IMG/VR virus record: IMGVR_UViG_3300025141_013870
Location: 1 to 64,000 of that record
Direction: 5' to 3' (one strand)
DNA from: a virus
DNA: 64,000 bases
The position numbers and the translations under genes were made by a program. This document shows, piece after piece, positions 30,271 through 41,300 of the stretch; within the stretch, counting starts at the first letter, position 1, and each line of letters starts with the position of its first letter. The notes beneath the pieces were generated by a model. The model was not told where the DNA came from, ran no database searches, and saw only the letters and a program-made list of their open reading frames with translations.

Positions 30271-33200
30271 ATGGCCGAACAGACATTCAGATCACCTGGG
30301 TTTTTTGAACGCGAGATAGATCTTTCTCAGAGAGAGAGTGAAATCGTTGGTGTACCAGCCGGCGTCGTAGGAACCGCAGAGATGGGCCCTGCATTTGTTC
30401 CAGTTACAGTTGGATCATTCGCAGATTTTGAGAGAAGATTTGGTTCACTGGATCCTCACAAGTTTGGTCCTTACGCAGTTAGGGAGTTTTTTAAGTATAA
30501 GACTGCTCTCACCTACGTTCGCGTCCTTGGCGCAGGGTCCAATGATACCACGACAGATATATCAAACACCAGAACAGCTGGCATCGTTAAGAATGCAGGA
30601 TTTAGAATAATAGGGACTTTACCAGATAGAGATCAGAGAGACGGTGCTGATCAGCGTCGACAGGGATGTGTTCAGTTTATCGCTGCTCGTCACCATGTAT
30701 CTTCAAGTCAGGAGGGTATTGGGTATCCTATATTCTCTGACAATGATAGTTATCCGGACATAGATGCTAACTCATCAGTGAACCTTGTCAGAGCGATGCT
30801 TTTCTCAACAACTGGGTCGAGGTTCGAGATACTGTCATACGCAACGGCGTCATGGGGAATATCTTCTTCAACACAGAGTGATGTTGCCAATGTAAATACT
30901 GATGGAGAGTTTAAGCTTGTTATATCTTCATCTTCTGGTGCAGCATTCGCTAATGACGAAGGAAATCCTGGAATAAGGATATATACAGCTTCACTAAACC
31001 CAGTGTCTGACAACTATATTGGAAAGCTTCTTAACACTGATCCCGAGAGGTTTGAAAAGGAAGAGCACGTGCTTTACGCTCACTTCCCAGTTGAAGATGA
31101 GGTAGCGTCTGTAATCTATAGTTCAGAGATTGGGTCTGTTGCACTAATGTCAGGATCAACAAATTCATCTTCCAAGTCAGGAATATCTGGCCTTGAATTC
31201 ATAGATGGATATGGAAGATTTGACACTAGATATGCTGCAACACGGACTACAAACTTCATATCACAGCCTTACGGTGATACTGAATTCGATCTATTTTATA
31301 TCGAATCAATCTCTGACGGGTCTGTTGCAAATGAGAAATATAAGGTATCAATTAAGAAACTTAGAAAGTCAAGTGATCCAAAGGATCCATACGGATCATT
31401 CACTGTTGAGATTAGAGATTTCGATGACACGGATACCAGCGCAAAGGTTCTAGAATCATATCCGCTTTGTACTCTAAACCCGCTAGACGACGATTACGTT
31501 GCAAAGAAGATTGGAGATTTCAAGGCATTCTATAACTTTGATGCAGAGAATGCTGATGAGAGAAAGGTGGTGGTATCAGGAAAATATCCAAACATATCAT
31601 CTCGTGTAAGAATTGTTATGAACAATGCTGTGGAATCTGGAGAGGTTCCCAAGGATGCACTTCCATTTGGATACAGAGGGTTTGGTGCCCTTAAGACAAA
31701 CAATACACTGACTGATTCAACTACCACAGCTATTCGTGGAGGAATTGGGTCAGCAGCAGCAGACTCTGTTAGAGTTGGATTCTGGAACTCAGGTGGGGTT
31801 GGAGCGACAGTCGGCTCAGCAAGTCTCAATACAGTAGCAAGTATATCTGGATCGATTCTGCCTCCTGTTCCGCTTAGGTTCAAGGTTACTCGAGGCGCTG
31901 TTTTGAAGTCATCTATACCGTACGTAGGAGCACCTGGCGAGGATGAGAGAGTTGACTCTAGATTCTATTGGGGATCTAAGTTTGACAGGCTTCCAAGAAC
32001 GGGATCTCTTTCAAATTCTATCTTCGATACAAACGTTTCAAGTGAGATTAATGACATCTTTAGAAACTATGCCAAGCTCATTGGAATACTAAAGCTTGAC
32101 AACCTTGTCACTGGATCTGGTGCGGATGCGTTTAATAATAACAAATTTACGCTAGCAAGAGTTGCTCTTTCAAATGGAATTGCAAACGATAGTAGTGGAA
32201 ATCCAAGCATATCAGCTACAGCAAACTCTGTAATAACAGGTTCTGCAAAGGAGCATATGCTTGAGACTTCGTATATTAGAAATGCTACGCCAGATGCAAG
32301 TAACTACACTGTATCTGATGGCGTCGCATCTAGAAGTAGAATGACAATGGCATCTCTATCTGCTTTAACGTCATCTGTCTACTTCAATAGATTTACAGAT
32401 TATAACAAGTTTACCAACTTCATGTATGGCGGATTTGACGGTCTGAATATTCTTGATACGAATATGGGGCGGATGGACGATAAGTCAACATCATCTGACA
32501 CTGGAGGATTAGCTGTCGGAGGAGACCTCGACATAGGCTTGAGTGATACAAATGAGTTTGGAGCGGGAAGCAGGAATAATATAGTCGCTTCTTATAGGGT
32601 TGGTGCGGAGATCCTAACAGATCCAATGGCATCAAGGGTGAACATACTATTGGTTCCAGGAATAAGAGATGGTGCGTTAACCGACTTTATTCAGTCTCGT
32701 CTATCTAGCTATAGCAAGGCATTCTTTGTCATGGATCTTCCTGCATATGATGCTGACCAGAAGAGATTATTTGCTGATAGCGCAAAGGCGCCAAATGTTG
32801 CTAAGACATCAGAACAATTTGACGGAAGGGCACTGAATAATAACTACTCAGCGACGTATTTCCCAGATGTTACAATAGAGGATCCCATTAATAATCAACC
32901 TGTTAAGGTTCCTGCATCCGTTGCAGTATTGGGAGCGCTAGCATATAATGATAATGTTGCATACCCCTGGTTCGCACCAGCGGGATTCAACAGGGCAGCT
33001 CTGGACTTTGTTTCAAATGTAAAGGTGAGGTTGAATCAATCAGATAGAGATACTCTCTATGATGCAAGGATTAATCCCATAGCAACCTTCCCATCAGCAG
33101 GGTATGTGATATTTGGGCAGAAGACCCTACAGCTTGCAAAGAGCGCGCTAGATAGGGTTAATGTTAGAAGGATGCTCCTCGAGGTTAAGAGGCTTGTTGT

Positions 33201-33465
33201 AGATGTTGCAAACAAGATCGTCTTCGAGCAAAACACACCTGAGACACGGGCTAGATTCGTCTCACAGGTGACACCTCTTCTTGCAACCATCCAGAGTCAG
33301 CAAGGAATAGATCAGTTCAAGGTAGTGATGGATGCAAGTAATAACTCACAGGATGATGTTGAGAACAACATATTAAACGGAAGAATCGTTCTTGTTCCCA
33401 CAAGAGCTGTTGAGTTCATAGCAATGGACTTCATCATAACCAACGCTGGCGTAAGCTTCGAGTAG
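30271..33465 (+). CDS. Tail sheath protein 1 (gp18-like)
   Basis: MAEQTFRSPGFFEREID, GTAEMGPAFVP, YVRVLG; C-terminal WFAPAGFNR, RDTLYDARINPI, FGQKTL..SALDRVNVRRML, PTRAVEFI. Confidence 0.93.
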   Translation: MAEQTFRSPGFFEREIDLSQRESEIVGVPAGVVGTAEMGPAFVPVTVGSFADFERRFGSLDPHKFGPYAVREFFKYKTALTYVRVLGAGSNDTTTDISNTRTAGIVKNAGFRIIGTLPDRDQRDGADQRRQGCVQFIAARHHVSSSQEGIGYPIFSDNDSYPDIDANSSVNLVRAMLFSTTGSRFEILSYATASWGISSSTQSDVANVNTDGEFKLVISSSSGAAFANDEGNPGIRIYTASLNPVSDNYIGKLLNTDPERFEKEEHVLYAHFPVEDEVASVIYSSEIGSVALMSGSTNSSSKSGISGLEFIDGYGRFDTRYAATRTTNFISQPYGDTEFDLFYIESISDGSVANEKYKVSIKKLRKSSDPKDPYGSFTVEIRDFDDTDTSAKVLESYPLCTLNPLDDDYVAKKIGDFKAFYNFDAENADERKVVVSGKYPNISSRVRIVMNNAVESGEVPKDALPFGYRGFGALKTNNTLTDSTTTAIRGGIGSAAADSVRVGFWNSGGVGATVGSASLNTVASISGSILPPVPLRFKVTRGAVLKSSIPYVGAPGEDERVDSRFYWGSKFDRLPRTGSLSNSIFDTNVSSEINDIFRNYAKLIGILKLDNLVTGSGADAFNNNKFTLARVALSNGIANDSSGNPSISATANSVITGSAKEHMLETSYIRNATPDASNYTVSDGVASRSRMTMASLSALTSSVYFNRFTDYNKFTNFMYGGFDGLNILDTNMGRMDDKSTSSDTGGLAVGGDLDIGLSDTNEFGAGSRNNIVASYRVGAEILTDPMASRVNILLVPGIRDGALTDFIQSRLSSYSKAFFVMDLPAYDADQKRLFADSAKAPNVAKTSEQFDGRALNNNYSATYFPDVTIEDPINNQPVKVPASVAVLGALAYNDNVAYPWFAPAGFNRAALDFVSNVKVRLNQSDRDTLYDARINPIATFPSAGYVIFGQKTLQLAKSALDRVNVRRMLLEVKRLVVDVANKIVFEQNTPETRARFVSQVTPLLATIQSQQGIDQFKVVMDASNNSQDDVENNILNGRIVLVPTRAVEFIAMDFIITNAGVSFE

Positions 33466-33504
33466 GGAATAGATATTCATGACTATGCATTTTGGAGATA
33501 ATAA

Positions 33505-36500
33505 ATGGCTGAGGTAACTTATAGTAGCGCTGGGGTCTACACCACAGAGATAGATCAAACCGGCCCAACAACATCTGTTCCTTCCGGTGTGCCCGGCGGA
33601 ATCATAGGAACTGCAGACGAAGGTCCTGCATATGTACCGATAACAATTGGAAGCTATAGTGATTTTGCTCGTATTTTTGGAGCGACAGATGGAGAGAAGT
33701 TTGGACCGCTTGCAGTTCATCAGTTTCTAAAGAATGCTCAGTCTCTAACGTATACTAGGGTCCTTGGGATAGGAGATGGCAAGAAGAGAGATACCGGAAC
33801 TGGAAAGGTTACAAACGCTGGATTTGTGGTAGGCGCAAAGACAGTTCAGGATAATGGAAATGTTGGTAGGAATCCCTACGCAATAGATGATGGTGTTCCA
33901 GGAAAGACATACTTCCTCGGCTGTTTCATGTCAGCATCAGCGGGATCAACACTATTCACTGACGCTGGAATTCAGAAGTCGAATGAAAATCAGGCACGAC
34001 CAATCGTTAGAGGCGTGCTAATGGCTCCATCCGGAGTTCTTCTCAGGCTGTCTGGAGCAGGCGCCGTAGGAAACTCACAGGGTGCTCCTTCTGCAATACT
34101 TTCTGCAGTTAATCCAACAGCTGCAGGTGACGAAGGCACTGGCATGGTAGGAGGAATAACTGGGTCTGTAAACATAGCAACGAAACGATTTGTCATGCTC
34201 TTAAACGGTCACCTAAAGACAGGCGACGCTCCCAATGTTATAACAGCGTCATTCGACCTAGAAGACGCCAGCTATTTTGCAAACGTCTTAAATACAGATC
34301 CCGCAAAGATCGAAGAGAAGGGACACCTCCTATATTCTCACTATGACATCCACCCAGCCCTTGCTGCTGTGACAGGAACTGGCGTGTTTGTGGCAACTCA
34401 CGCTTTTCCAAGCGCAAGCGCAGGCGGCCCTGCCTTAGAGCCTCTAGCATTCCTAACAACGGGATCAGCTGGTAGAAATACAGGCACATCCACTGCTCCA
34501 GATTATGAGTCATTTGAGGAGAGATTTACTCACGCAAAATCTCCATTTGTGATATCACAGACGTTCGGTGGAACAAAGTATAGCATAGTGAGAATTCACG
34601 CTCTTGGAGATGGAAGATATACAAATACAAACATAAAGATCTCTATAGAGAACATAAAGCCATCCACATCTGACGCATACAAGTATGGAACATTTGATCT
34701 TCTCGTTAGGAAGTTTGAAGACACAGATCTTGAAAAGAAGGTCTTAGAAGCGTATAGAGGAGCAAATCTTGATCCAAGTAGTGACAAGTTTATAGCAAGA
34801 ATTATCGGAGATATGTATTCATACTTTGACTTCGATCAAGCATCCTCGTCACAAAAGCTTGTGCTTGCAGGAGATCACCCTGTTCGATCAAACTACATCA
34901 GAGTTGAGCAAAGTACTCATCTCAAAAACGGACAGGTTCCAAAGGATGCACTTCCATTTGGATTTAGAGGACCTGATCACCTAGTCACGTCAGGAAGCGC
35001 GCCGCTAGAGGGTGGATTCTATTCAGGTGCTCTCCTCCAGGCTGGCTTTAACGACCGGTCCCTGCTTAACATGGCAGTTGAGCCTCCAGTCCCCCTAAGA
35101 AAGAATATTGTGATGGGATCTTTGCCAAACCTGATCCAGGATGCCACGTGGTATTGGGGAGTCAAGTTTATGCAGACTGTGGCTATTGCAGACGGCGTTA
35201 ATAACACTATAACCCTGAAGAATCTAACAGTTGATAATTTTACAAAGTTCTTCCCGTCTTACGGAGGGTCTAATAGAGACGTTTCAGTTGGAAATAACCC
35301 AGGAGTAGCAGACTCTGGTGGGACAGTATTAGATTGTGATAGGTTTAATAACAATATATTCACACTTGAGAGACTGACTATTAGAACAGGATCTGATGGA
35401 AAAGCAGATCCTAATGAGTGGGTTAGTGCATCATACACGAGAACTGGGAATATAACTGCAAATGAGACAAACAAGACTAGGGCACTAAAGTCATCAGATC
35501 TGTCTGTGCAGGGAAATAGAACCTTCTGCAAGTACTCATTCTTCCTCCAGAGAGGATTTAACGGTAGCAATATTTTCGATAAGGATAAGGAGAAGATGCT
35601 TAATGCAGCAGTTCGTCGAGAGATGGATGACTCAACTGCTCAAGGCGGAACATCAGGACCAACAGTATCAGCCTATAGAAAGGCACTGGATATAATGGGA
35701 ACCAAGTCTGATGTTGACATCAAGCTGCTAGCGATTCCCGGAATAAGACACTCATCTGTGTCAGATTACGCTATTGACACTGTTGAAAGTAGATTTGACG
35801 CCATGTATGTGATGGACATCGAGGAGAGAGACGAGATGAACTCTGTCATAACATCCTCAGTGGGATCATTTGCAAATGTCTCAAACACTGTCACGGAGTT
35901 TAAGGGAAGAGCGCTAGATACATCTTTTGCAGCAGCATATTTCCCTGACGTCATTATGACAGATCCCACGACGCACACAAACGTTCAGTGTCCGCCATCA
36001 GTTGCTGTTATGGGTGCAATGTCGCTGAATGACGCTGTGGGATATCCGTGGTTCGCACCGGCAGGATTCACACGAGGAGCGCTGGGAGACGTTCTCTTTG
36101 CAGACGTTAGTCTAAACAAGACCAATATGGATGATCTTTACGATGCAGATATCAACCCTCTCACAGCATTCCCGAATACAGGTGTGATGGTATTTGGACA
36201 GAAGACACTTCTAGCAGCTGCATCAGCTCTTGACAGGGTTAACGTTAGAAGGCTGTTAATAGACATAAGGAGAAAGGTTAGAAATATCGCTAATCTCATG
36301 CTATTTGAACCTAACAGGCAGGAGACGCTTGACAAGTTCAGTGCTCTAGTTCAGCCGGTCCTTCAAAGCATACAGGAAAAGAGCGGCGTGGATAGATTCA
36401 AGGTTGTTATAGATGCAACAACTACCACACAAACAGACATTGAGAATAACACTCTTCGTGGAAAGATCTTCTTACAACCCACGAGAACTGCAGAGTTTGT

Positions 36501-36552
36501 TGCACTGGACTTCGTCCTAACAAATGCTGGAGATGCATTTGAGAATGCATAA
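33505..36552 (+). CDS. Tail sheath protein 2 (gp18-like)
   Basis: SSAGVYTTEID, GTADEGPAYVP, WFAPAGFTRG, LYDADINP, FGQKTL..SALDRVNVRRLL, PTRTAEFV. Confidence 0.93.
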   Translation: MAEVTYSSAGVYTTEIDQTGPTTSVPSGVPGGIIGTADEGPAYVPITIGSYSDFARIFGATDGEKFGPLAVHQFLKNAQSLTYTRVLGIGDGKKRDTGTGKVTNAGFVVGAKTVQDNGNVGRNPYAIDDGVPGKTYFLGCFMSASAGSTLFTDAGIQKSNENQARPIVRGVLMAPSGVLLRLSGAGAVGNSQGAPSAILSAVNPTAAGDEGTGMVGGITGSVNIATKRFVMLLNGHLKTGDAPNVITASFDLEDASYFANVLNTDPAKIEEKGHLLYSHYDIHPALAAVTGTGVFVATHAFPSASAGGPALEPLAFLTTGSAGRNTGTSTAPDYESFEERFTHAKSPFVISQTFGGTKYSIVRIHALGDGRYTNTNIKISIENIKPSTSDAYKYGTFDLLVRKFEDTDLEKKVLEAYRGANLDPSSDKFIARIIGDMYSYFDFDQASSSQKLVLAGDHPVRSNYIRVEQSTHLKNGQVPKDALPFGFRGPDHLVTSGSAPLEGGFYSGALLQAGFNDRSLLNMAVEPPVPLRKNIVMGSLPNLIQDATWYWGVKFMQTVAIADGVNNTITLKNLTVDNFTKFFPSYGGSNRDVSVGNNPGVADSGGTVLDCDRFNNNIFTLERLTIRTGSDGKADPNEWVSASYTRTGNITANETNKTRALKSSDLSVQGNRTFCKYSFFLQRGFNGSNIFDKDKEKMLNAAVRREMDDSTAQGGTSGPTVSAYRKALDIMGTKSDVDIKLLAIPGIRHSSVSDYAIDTVESRFDAMYVMDIEERDEMNSVITSSVGSFANVSNTVTEFKGRALDTSFAAAYFPDVIMTDPTTHTNVQCPPSVAVMGAMSLNDAVGYPWFAPAGFTRGALGDVLFADVSLNKTNMDDLYDADINPLTAFPNTGVMVFGQKTLLAAASALDRVNVRRLLIDIRRKVRNIANLMLFEPNRQETLDKFSALVQPVLQSIQEKSGVDRFKVVIDATTTTQTDIENNTLRGKIFLQPTRTAEFVALDFVLTNAGDAFENA

Positions 36553-36567
36553 AAAATATGGAACACA

Positions 36568-36588
36568 ATACTTATAGCTGAATAGTTA
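36568..36588 (+). promoter_or_regulatory. Tandem late-type motifs ATACTTA (36568) and ATAGTTA (36582)
   Basis: Before the tail tube gene. Confidence 0.5.
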
Positions 36589-36606
36589 TCTTTAGGAGAA
36601 ATATAA

Positions 36607-37098
36607 ATGGCTGAAACACTTTCCGTCACCGACATGCTTCCCAATAAGTTCGAACCGAAAAGACAATTTCGGTGGATCTTTGCCATAGAGGGAATAGACG
36701 CATTCTTGATGAAGACAACAAATAGACCCCAGGTAACTTTCCAGGTGTCAACACTTAACTTTATCAACGCTAAGAGATACCTAGCAGGAAGAATGGAATT
36801 TTCCACAATGGGACTCACGCTCTACGACCCAATAGCACCATCTGGTGCGCAACAGGTTATGGAGTGGATTAGAACCGCATATGAATCAGTATCTGGTAGA
36901 GCAGGATATGCAGATTTCTATAAGAGAGACATTCAGTGTAAACTTCTTGATCCAATTGGAACGGTTGTTGAGCTTTGGGATATAAAGGGAGCGTTTATCA
37001 CAGATGCCAACTTCAACGCACTTGATTATGGTAATGAGGAAGCACCCATAGAGATATCACTAACACTTCGGTATGACAACGCTGTTCTTCAATTCTAA
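36607..37098 (+). CDS. Tail tube protein (gp19-like)
   Basis: FEPKRQFRWI, LYDPIAPSGAQQVMEW, YKRDI..LLDP.G.VVE.W.IKGAF, LTLRYD; follows the sheath genes. Confidence 0.88.
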   Translation: MAETLSVTDMLPNKFEPKRQFRWIFAIEGIDAFLMKTTNRPQVTFQVSTLNFINAKRYLAGRMEFSTMGLTLYDPIAPSGAQQVMEWIRTAYESVSGRAGYADFYKRDIQCKLLDPIGTVVELWDIKGAFITDANFNALDYGNEEAPIEISLTLRYDNAVLQF

Positions 37099-37120
37099 TA
37101 AATTTTTACATTCATTGATT

Positions 37121-37147
37121 AAAAGACCCGTTTATCGGGTCTTTTTT
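37121..37147 (+). terminator. Rho-independent terminator after the tail tube gene (possibly bidirectional)
   Basis: AAAAGACCCG-TTTAT-CGGGTCTTTT followed by further Ts. Confidence 0.85.
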
Positions 37148-37203
37148 ATTTTACTTATTTACTTTTTTGTATAATGATTATATGAATAAAAATCGGAGAT
37201 AAA

Positions 37204-38010
37204 GTGTCTAGTAATATTCCAATGCAAAACGTCATGAAGGAAACATTTAACTGGGATGTGCCAGTTGAGGCAATCCCCATCCCATCAGAGGGCAGGGTGT
37301 ATCATCCTGATACGTCTCTATACGGAAAGCAAATGCTTGAAATAAAGGCAATGACAGCACAGGAGGAAGACATACTTGCATCACGTGCGCTTATAATGCA
37401 AGGAACTGTCATAACACATCTAATCCAGTCATGTCTTGTGGATAAAACTGTAAATGTTAGAGACATGTTGATCGGGGATAGAAATGCTCTAATGATAGCA
37501 GTTAGGATCACTGGGTATGGAAGTAACTATAGCGCAGAGTCTGTTTGCCCAGAGTGCGATGAGAAAAGTGTTCAGGATTATAACCTTGGAGAGCTTGAGA
37601 TTAAAAGGCTAGACTTGTCACCTGCAAGAGATGGAGAGAATCTATTTTCATTTAAGTTACCAATAACAAAAAAGACAGTTGAGTTTAAGTTTCTTACCGG
37701 CGCAGATGAGGAAGAGAGATCTCTCGTCATGGAGAGAAAGAAGAAGATGATGCCCAACATGAAGGTTGACTCCACTGTGACGTCCAAGCTGGGTCAGACA
37801 ATCGTATCTGTTGACGGAGTGATTGAAAAGAATAAGGTTAATAGCTTTGTTAAGAACATGCCGGCTAGGGATTCTAGATCGCTTAGGACTTATGTTCAAA
37901 AACACGAACCTGGCATAGATATGAATGTGTGGATGAAATGTCCACACTGTTCTGAGTCATCTAAGGTATCACTCCCGATCGGAGGCAATTTTTTTTGGCC
38001 TGATGAGTAA
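37204..38010 (+). CDS. Baseplate-hub/tail assembly chaperone (gp26-like)
   Basis: IPIPSEG..Y, MTAQEEDIL, GDRNALMIAVRI..YG, CPEC, FKFLTG.DE, CPHC; located between tube and tape measure; ends ...GGNFFWPDE. Confidence 0.75.
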   Translation: MSSNIPMQNVMKETFNWDVPVEAIPIPSEGRVYHPDTSLYGKQMLEIKAMTAQEEDILASRALIMQGTVITHLIQSCLVDKTVNVRDMLIGDRNALMIAVRITGYGSNYSAESVCPECDEKSVQDYNLGELEIKRLDLSPARDGENLFSFKLPITKKTVEFKFLTGADEEERSLVMERKKKMMPNMKVDSTVTSKLGQTIVSVDGVIEKNKVNSFVKNMPARDSRSLRTYVQKHEPGIDMNVWMKCPHCSESSKVSLPIGGNFFWPDE

Positions 38011-38260
38011 TTGGAGAGAGTCTTTTTTAGAAGAGGCATTTCTATTACAATATCACCTAAAAATGAGTTACTCTGATGTGAGAAGTCTACCTGTACCTTA
38101 TCGTAGGTGGTTTTTAGATAGGCTAGCGACAGAGTTCAACAATCAAGCAGAGGCTGCTAAAAAGTCTCGCAACAGTGATCCAGGAAGAACGTCAGTCACA
38201 CAGGACATCCCAATGGGTGAGGTGATGGAAAGATTAGCCTCTAGAGAAAAGAAGTTTTAG
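38003..38260 (+). CDS. Second tail chaperone ORF (probable frameshift extension)
   Basis: EEAFLLQYHLKMSYSDVRSLPVPYRRWFLDRL; frame is open upstream across the T8 run at 37989-37996. Confidence 0.7.
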   Translation: MSNWRESFLEEAFLLQYHLKMSYSDVRSLPVPYRRWFLDRLATEFNNQAEAAKKSRNSDPGRTSVTQDIPMGEVMERLASREKKF

Positions 38261-38278
38261 GGGACTTTCACCTGCCTA

Positions 38279-38285
38279 ATATGTA
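38279..38285 (+). promoter_or_regulatory. Late-type promoter motif ATATGTA
   Basis: Before the tape measure gene. Confidence 0.45.
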
Positions 38286-38305
38286 TAAGAGAAGGGTAGT
38301 GTCGC

Positions 38306-41300
38306 ATGGGCAAAGACGATCTTAAATCTCAGTTAGAATTTACAAAACAGATTAAGGCGAACATAGGAGCCATAAATCTTAAGCTAGCTGATCAGATAAA
38401 GATGCAAAATCTTGTTAATCTATCCCTAAAGGGCCAGCTTGACAAGGCAGCTGAAGCAGGAAACATAACCGACGAGGCTATGAAAAAGGCGGGCATAAGT
38501 GCAACAACTGCCTCGGGAGCAGTGGGATCAGTAGCGGGATCTCTTGATGCAACAGGTGTAGCTGCTGATGAGGCTGGCGCAAAGACAGAGGGACTGGCTG
38601 CAAAGGCTATTAACGCTGCAGACGCCACCATGCAGGCGTGGGATGCCACAGGAGATTTTTTTAATGGTCTCATCTCAAAACCTGTTGCGAATGAGCTAGA
38701 CACCATACAGACCCTGTATGGCGGACTTACTGGTCCAGGTGGTCCGTTTGCATCAAGAAATCAACTCTCAAAAAAGCTTGTAGATACAACTATGGGTCTG
38801 AATCGTGAGATGACGGACATGGATGGGAAGTGGGCCAAGCTTTTCGGAAGAGATCCGAGAGATTCAATTGGTGAACTTTCCGATGTAATGGGTGAATTCA
38901 ATACGCTAGTAACAGGAGATCAGGGAGTCGTTGATGGCCTTCGCATAGTCAATGACCTTTCAGCTGATAATGTAATAGCGATGAAGGCATACTCAAAGGC
39001 AGCCATGCTTGACATAACTGATGTACAAAACATCATGTCACGTGAGATAAGCCGGACAGGAAAAGCAGGAACTTCGATGATTGAAGAGGTAGCTGTCTTC
39101 TCTAAGAAGCTAGCTGCAGCAACAGGCGATTCAGCCAAGCAGATATCACAAAACATGGTCAAGATAATTGACGATACAGATAATTTTGCCAATGTCACTG
39201 TCGCCCAGGCTGCAAGAATTAGCGTCACGCTCCGACAATTGAGCCTAAGCTATGAAGATCTCGCTGGAGCAACTGGTCAATTCATGGACTTTGAGGGAGC
39301 TGCTGATAGTGTGTCAAAGCTAACGTCAGTGTTCGGCATACAGATGGATGCAATGGATATGATGATGGCTGCGCAGGAGGATGAGGATACGCTTCTAATT
39401 AAGATGAGAGACTCATTCCTCAATGCAGGAATCTCAGCTAGAGATCTCACAAAGTCGCAGAAGGCAGTCATAAAGGAGGCACTGAACCTGACAGACATCC
39501 AATCTGTCGAAAGATTGCTTGATCCAACAAAGGCCATATCAGGAATGGCAGACCTCGCAGCTGTCACAGATGAAGGTGTAGGCTCCATGGAGGAGAATAT
39601 GGAGCTCCTTCGAGAGGACATCAACGACCTTGACTCGGCTATGCGTCACACGTCGAAGAAGATGGCTGCTCACATAAAGGAAAGCTTCCTAGCTCCTACA
39701 CAGCAGAGTCTAATTGAGTTTGATGTCGCGATGGGAGGTGTAGGACGAACAATAAAGTCAGCTATTCCAAAGTCTGCTGCAATGTCGATGAAGTTCTTTG
39801 GAAAGAGTCTATCAGAGGTTGCTGGGATAGATGAGGCCAAGCTCAAGATGCTCAAGGAGAACCTCGGCGGAATAGCTAATCTACTTAAGGAGGCTGGAAT
39901 AGCCCTTAAGGATAGTGATCTAGGAAAGGAGCTTGGAGGGCTGTTAGAGAAGACAGGCATGAAGAAGGACATGGAGTCCATAACTGGCGGAATCCAGAGC
40001 TCTCTTGGTGAGATGACAACGGCATTCTCAAAGTCAGTTGATAACATGATCAAAGCTCTCGATAAGGCGGGTCTTCTAGGGGAATCTCCGTCTCCTATCG
40101 GTAGAAACATAGCCGGAGGAATTGAGACTCCGTTTACGATGGCTTTTGAGTCGATGAAGGTAACACAGCTCAAACACGCAAAGTGGACAGAGAAGCAGAT
40201 AGCAGTAGGAATGCTTGACGCAAATAAGGACAAGGACTACAGAGAAAAGCTTGTTAAAAAATATTATAAGAAAATACAGAAGGAGCAGACAAAGTCTGAA
40301 AATGTACACAAAAAGGCTAAAGAGAAGCTGCAAAAGGCAGATGCAAAGCTTGCTGGTGATGCGGATAATAAGAGGCTCCAGGAGGCAGCCAAGGTAGCCA
40401 AGAAAAAGGCAGATATAACTGGCAATGCCATGCACGATGCTCAAAAGGCAGTGCAACTTTTCGAGAACAGGAAGGCAACCACAGACTGGAAGGATGCATC
40501 AAGATCATATGAGGTAGCAAAGGCTAAGATCGACGCAGAGCAGGAGCTCACGAGGGGGATCATTGACCAGAGCAAGGAACAGCTCAAGGTCAAGAAGAAG
40601 ACTGATTTGCAGATTATTGAGTCAGCAAAGGCTAAGGCTGCTGCGGAGAAAAAGGATGCCCAGGTAGCTGTGAAGAGACGGTCTGCTATGCTTGGTCGAG
40701 AACTTAAGGATAGAGAGAGCTTCTACGGAGCTGAGGCTAGAAAGCTCGGAGCTTCTGGCAAGACATATGATCAGCTATCAGAGAAGGATAGGGAGTTCTA
40801 TAGAGACAAGCTCAACCTTGGAAAGAACTATCAGGCTGAGCTCCAGAAGATAATGTCTGGAGAGACATTCCAGGAGGGACAGGCTGAGTTCAAGCAGAAG
40901 CAAAAGTCAGTGAAAATTCTTGAAGGTATGAAGGCTCGCGCTCTGAAAGGAGATTTCGATGCCGACAAGCTTAGTGAAAAACAGCTAAAAGATCTGAAAG
41001 AGAAACACGGACTAACAAAGGAGATGATTAAGGAGGCGACGGCGAAAGGAAGCAACATCACAGATATCGCCACCACGGGAGCATCAGCGAAACACGCATC
41101 TCTAATATCGAAGGAGAAGGAGAAGACAGAGGAGAAGGGAGAGAGTAAGTCATCAAAGGCTGCTGCCCGTGCGAGTCGTGCCCAGGCAAAACAGTTACAG
41201 GCGCTTACTGAGGTAACCGAGCATAACGGGAAGCTGATAGAGATCGTGGCTACAGAGATCGATAAGCTTTACACCATGCTTGATAAGAAACAGTTCACTC

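Noticed and set aside
37170-37175. TATAAT promoter for the chaperone gene
   Set aside because: It has no -35 box at 16-18 nt spacing and no extended -10 TG, and it lies in a very AT-rich tract; too weak to call.
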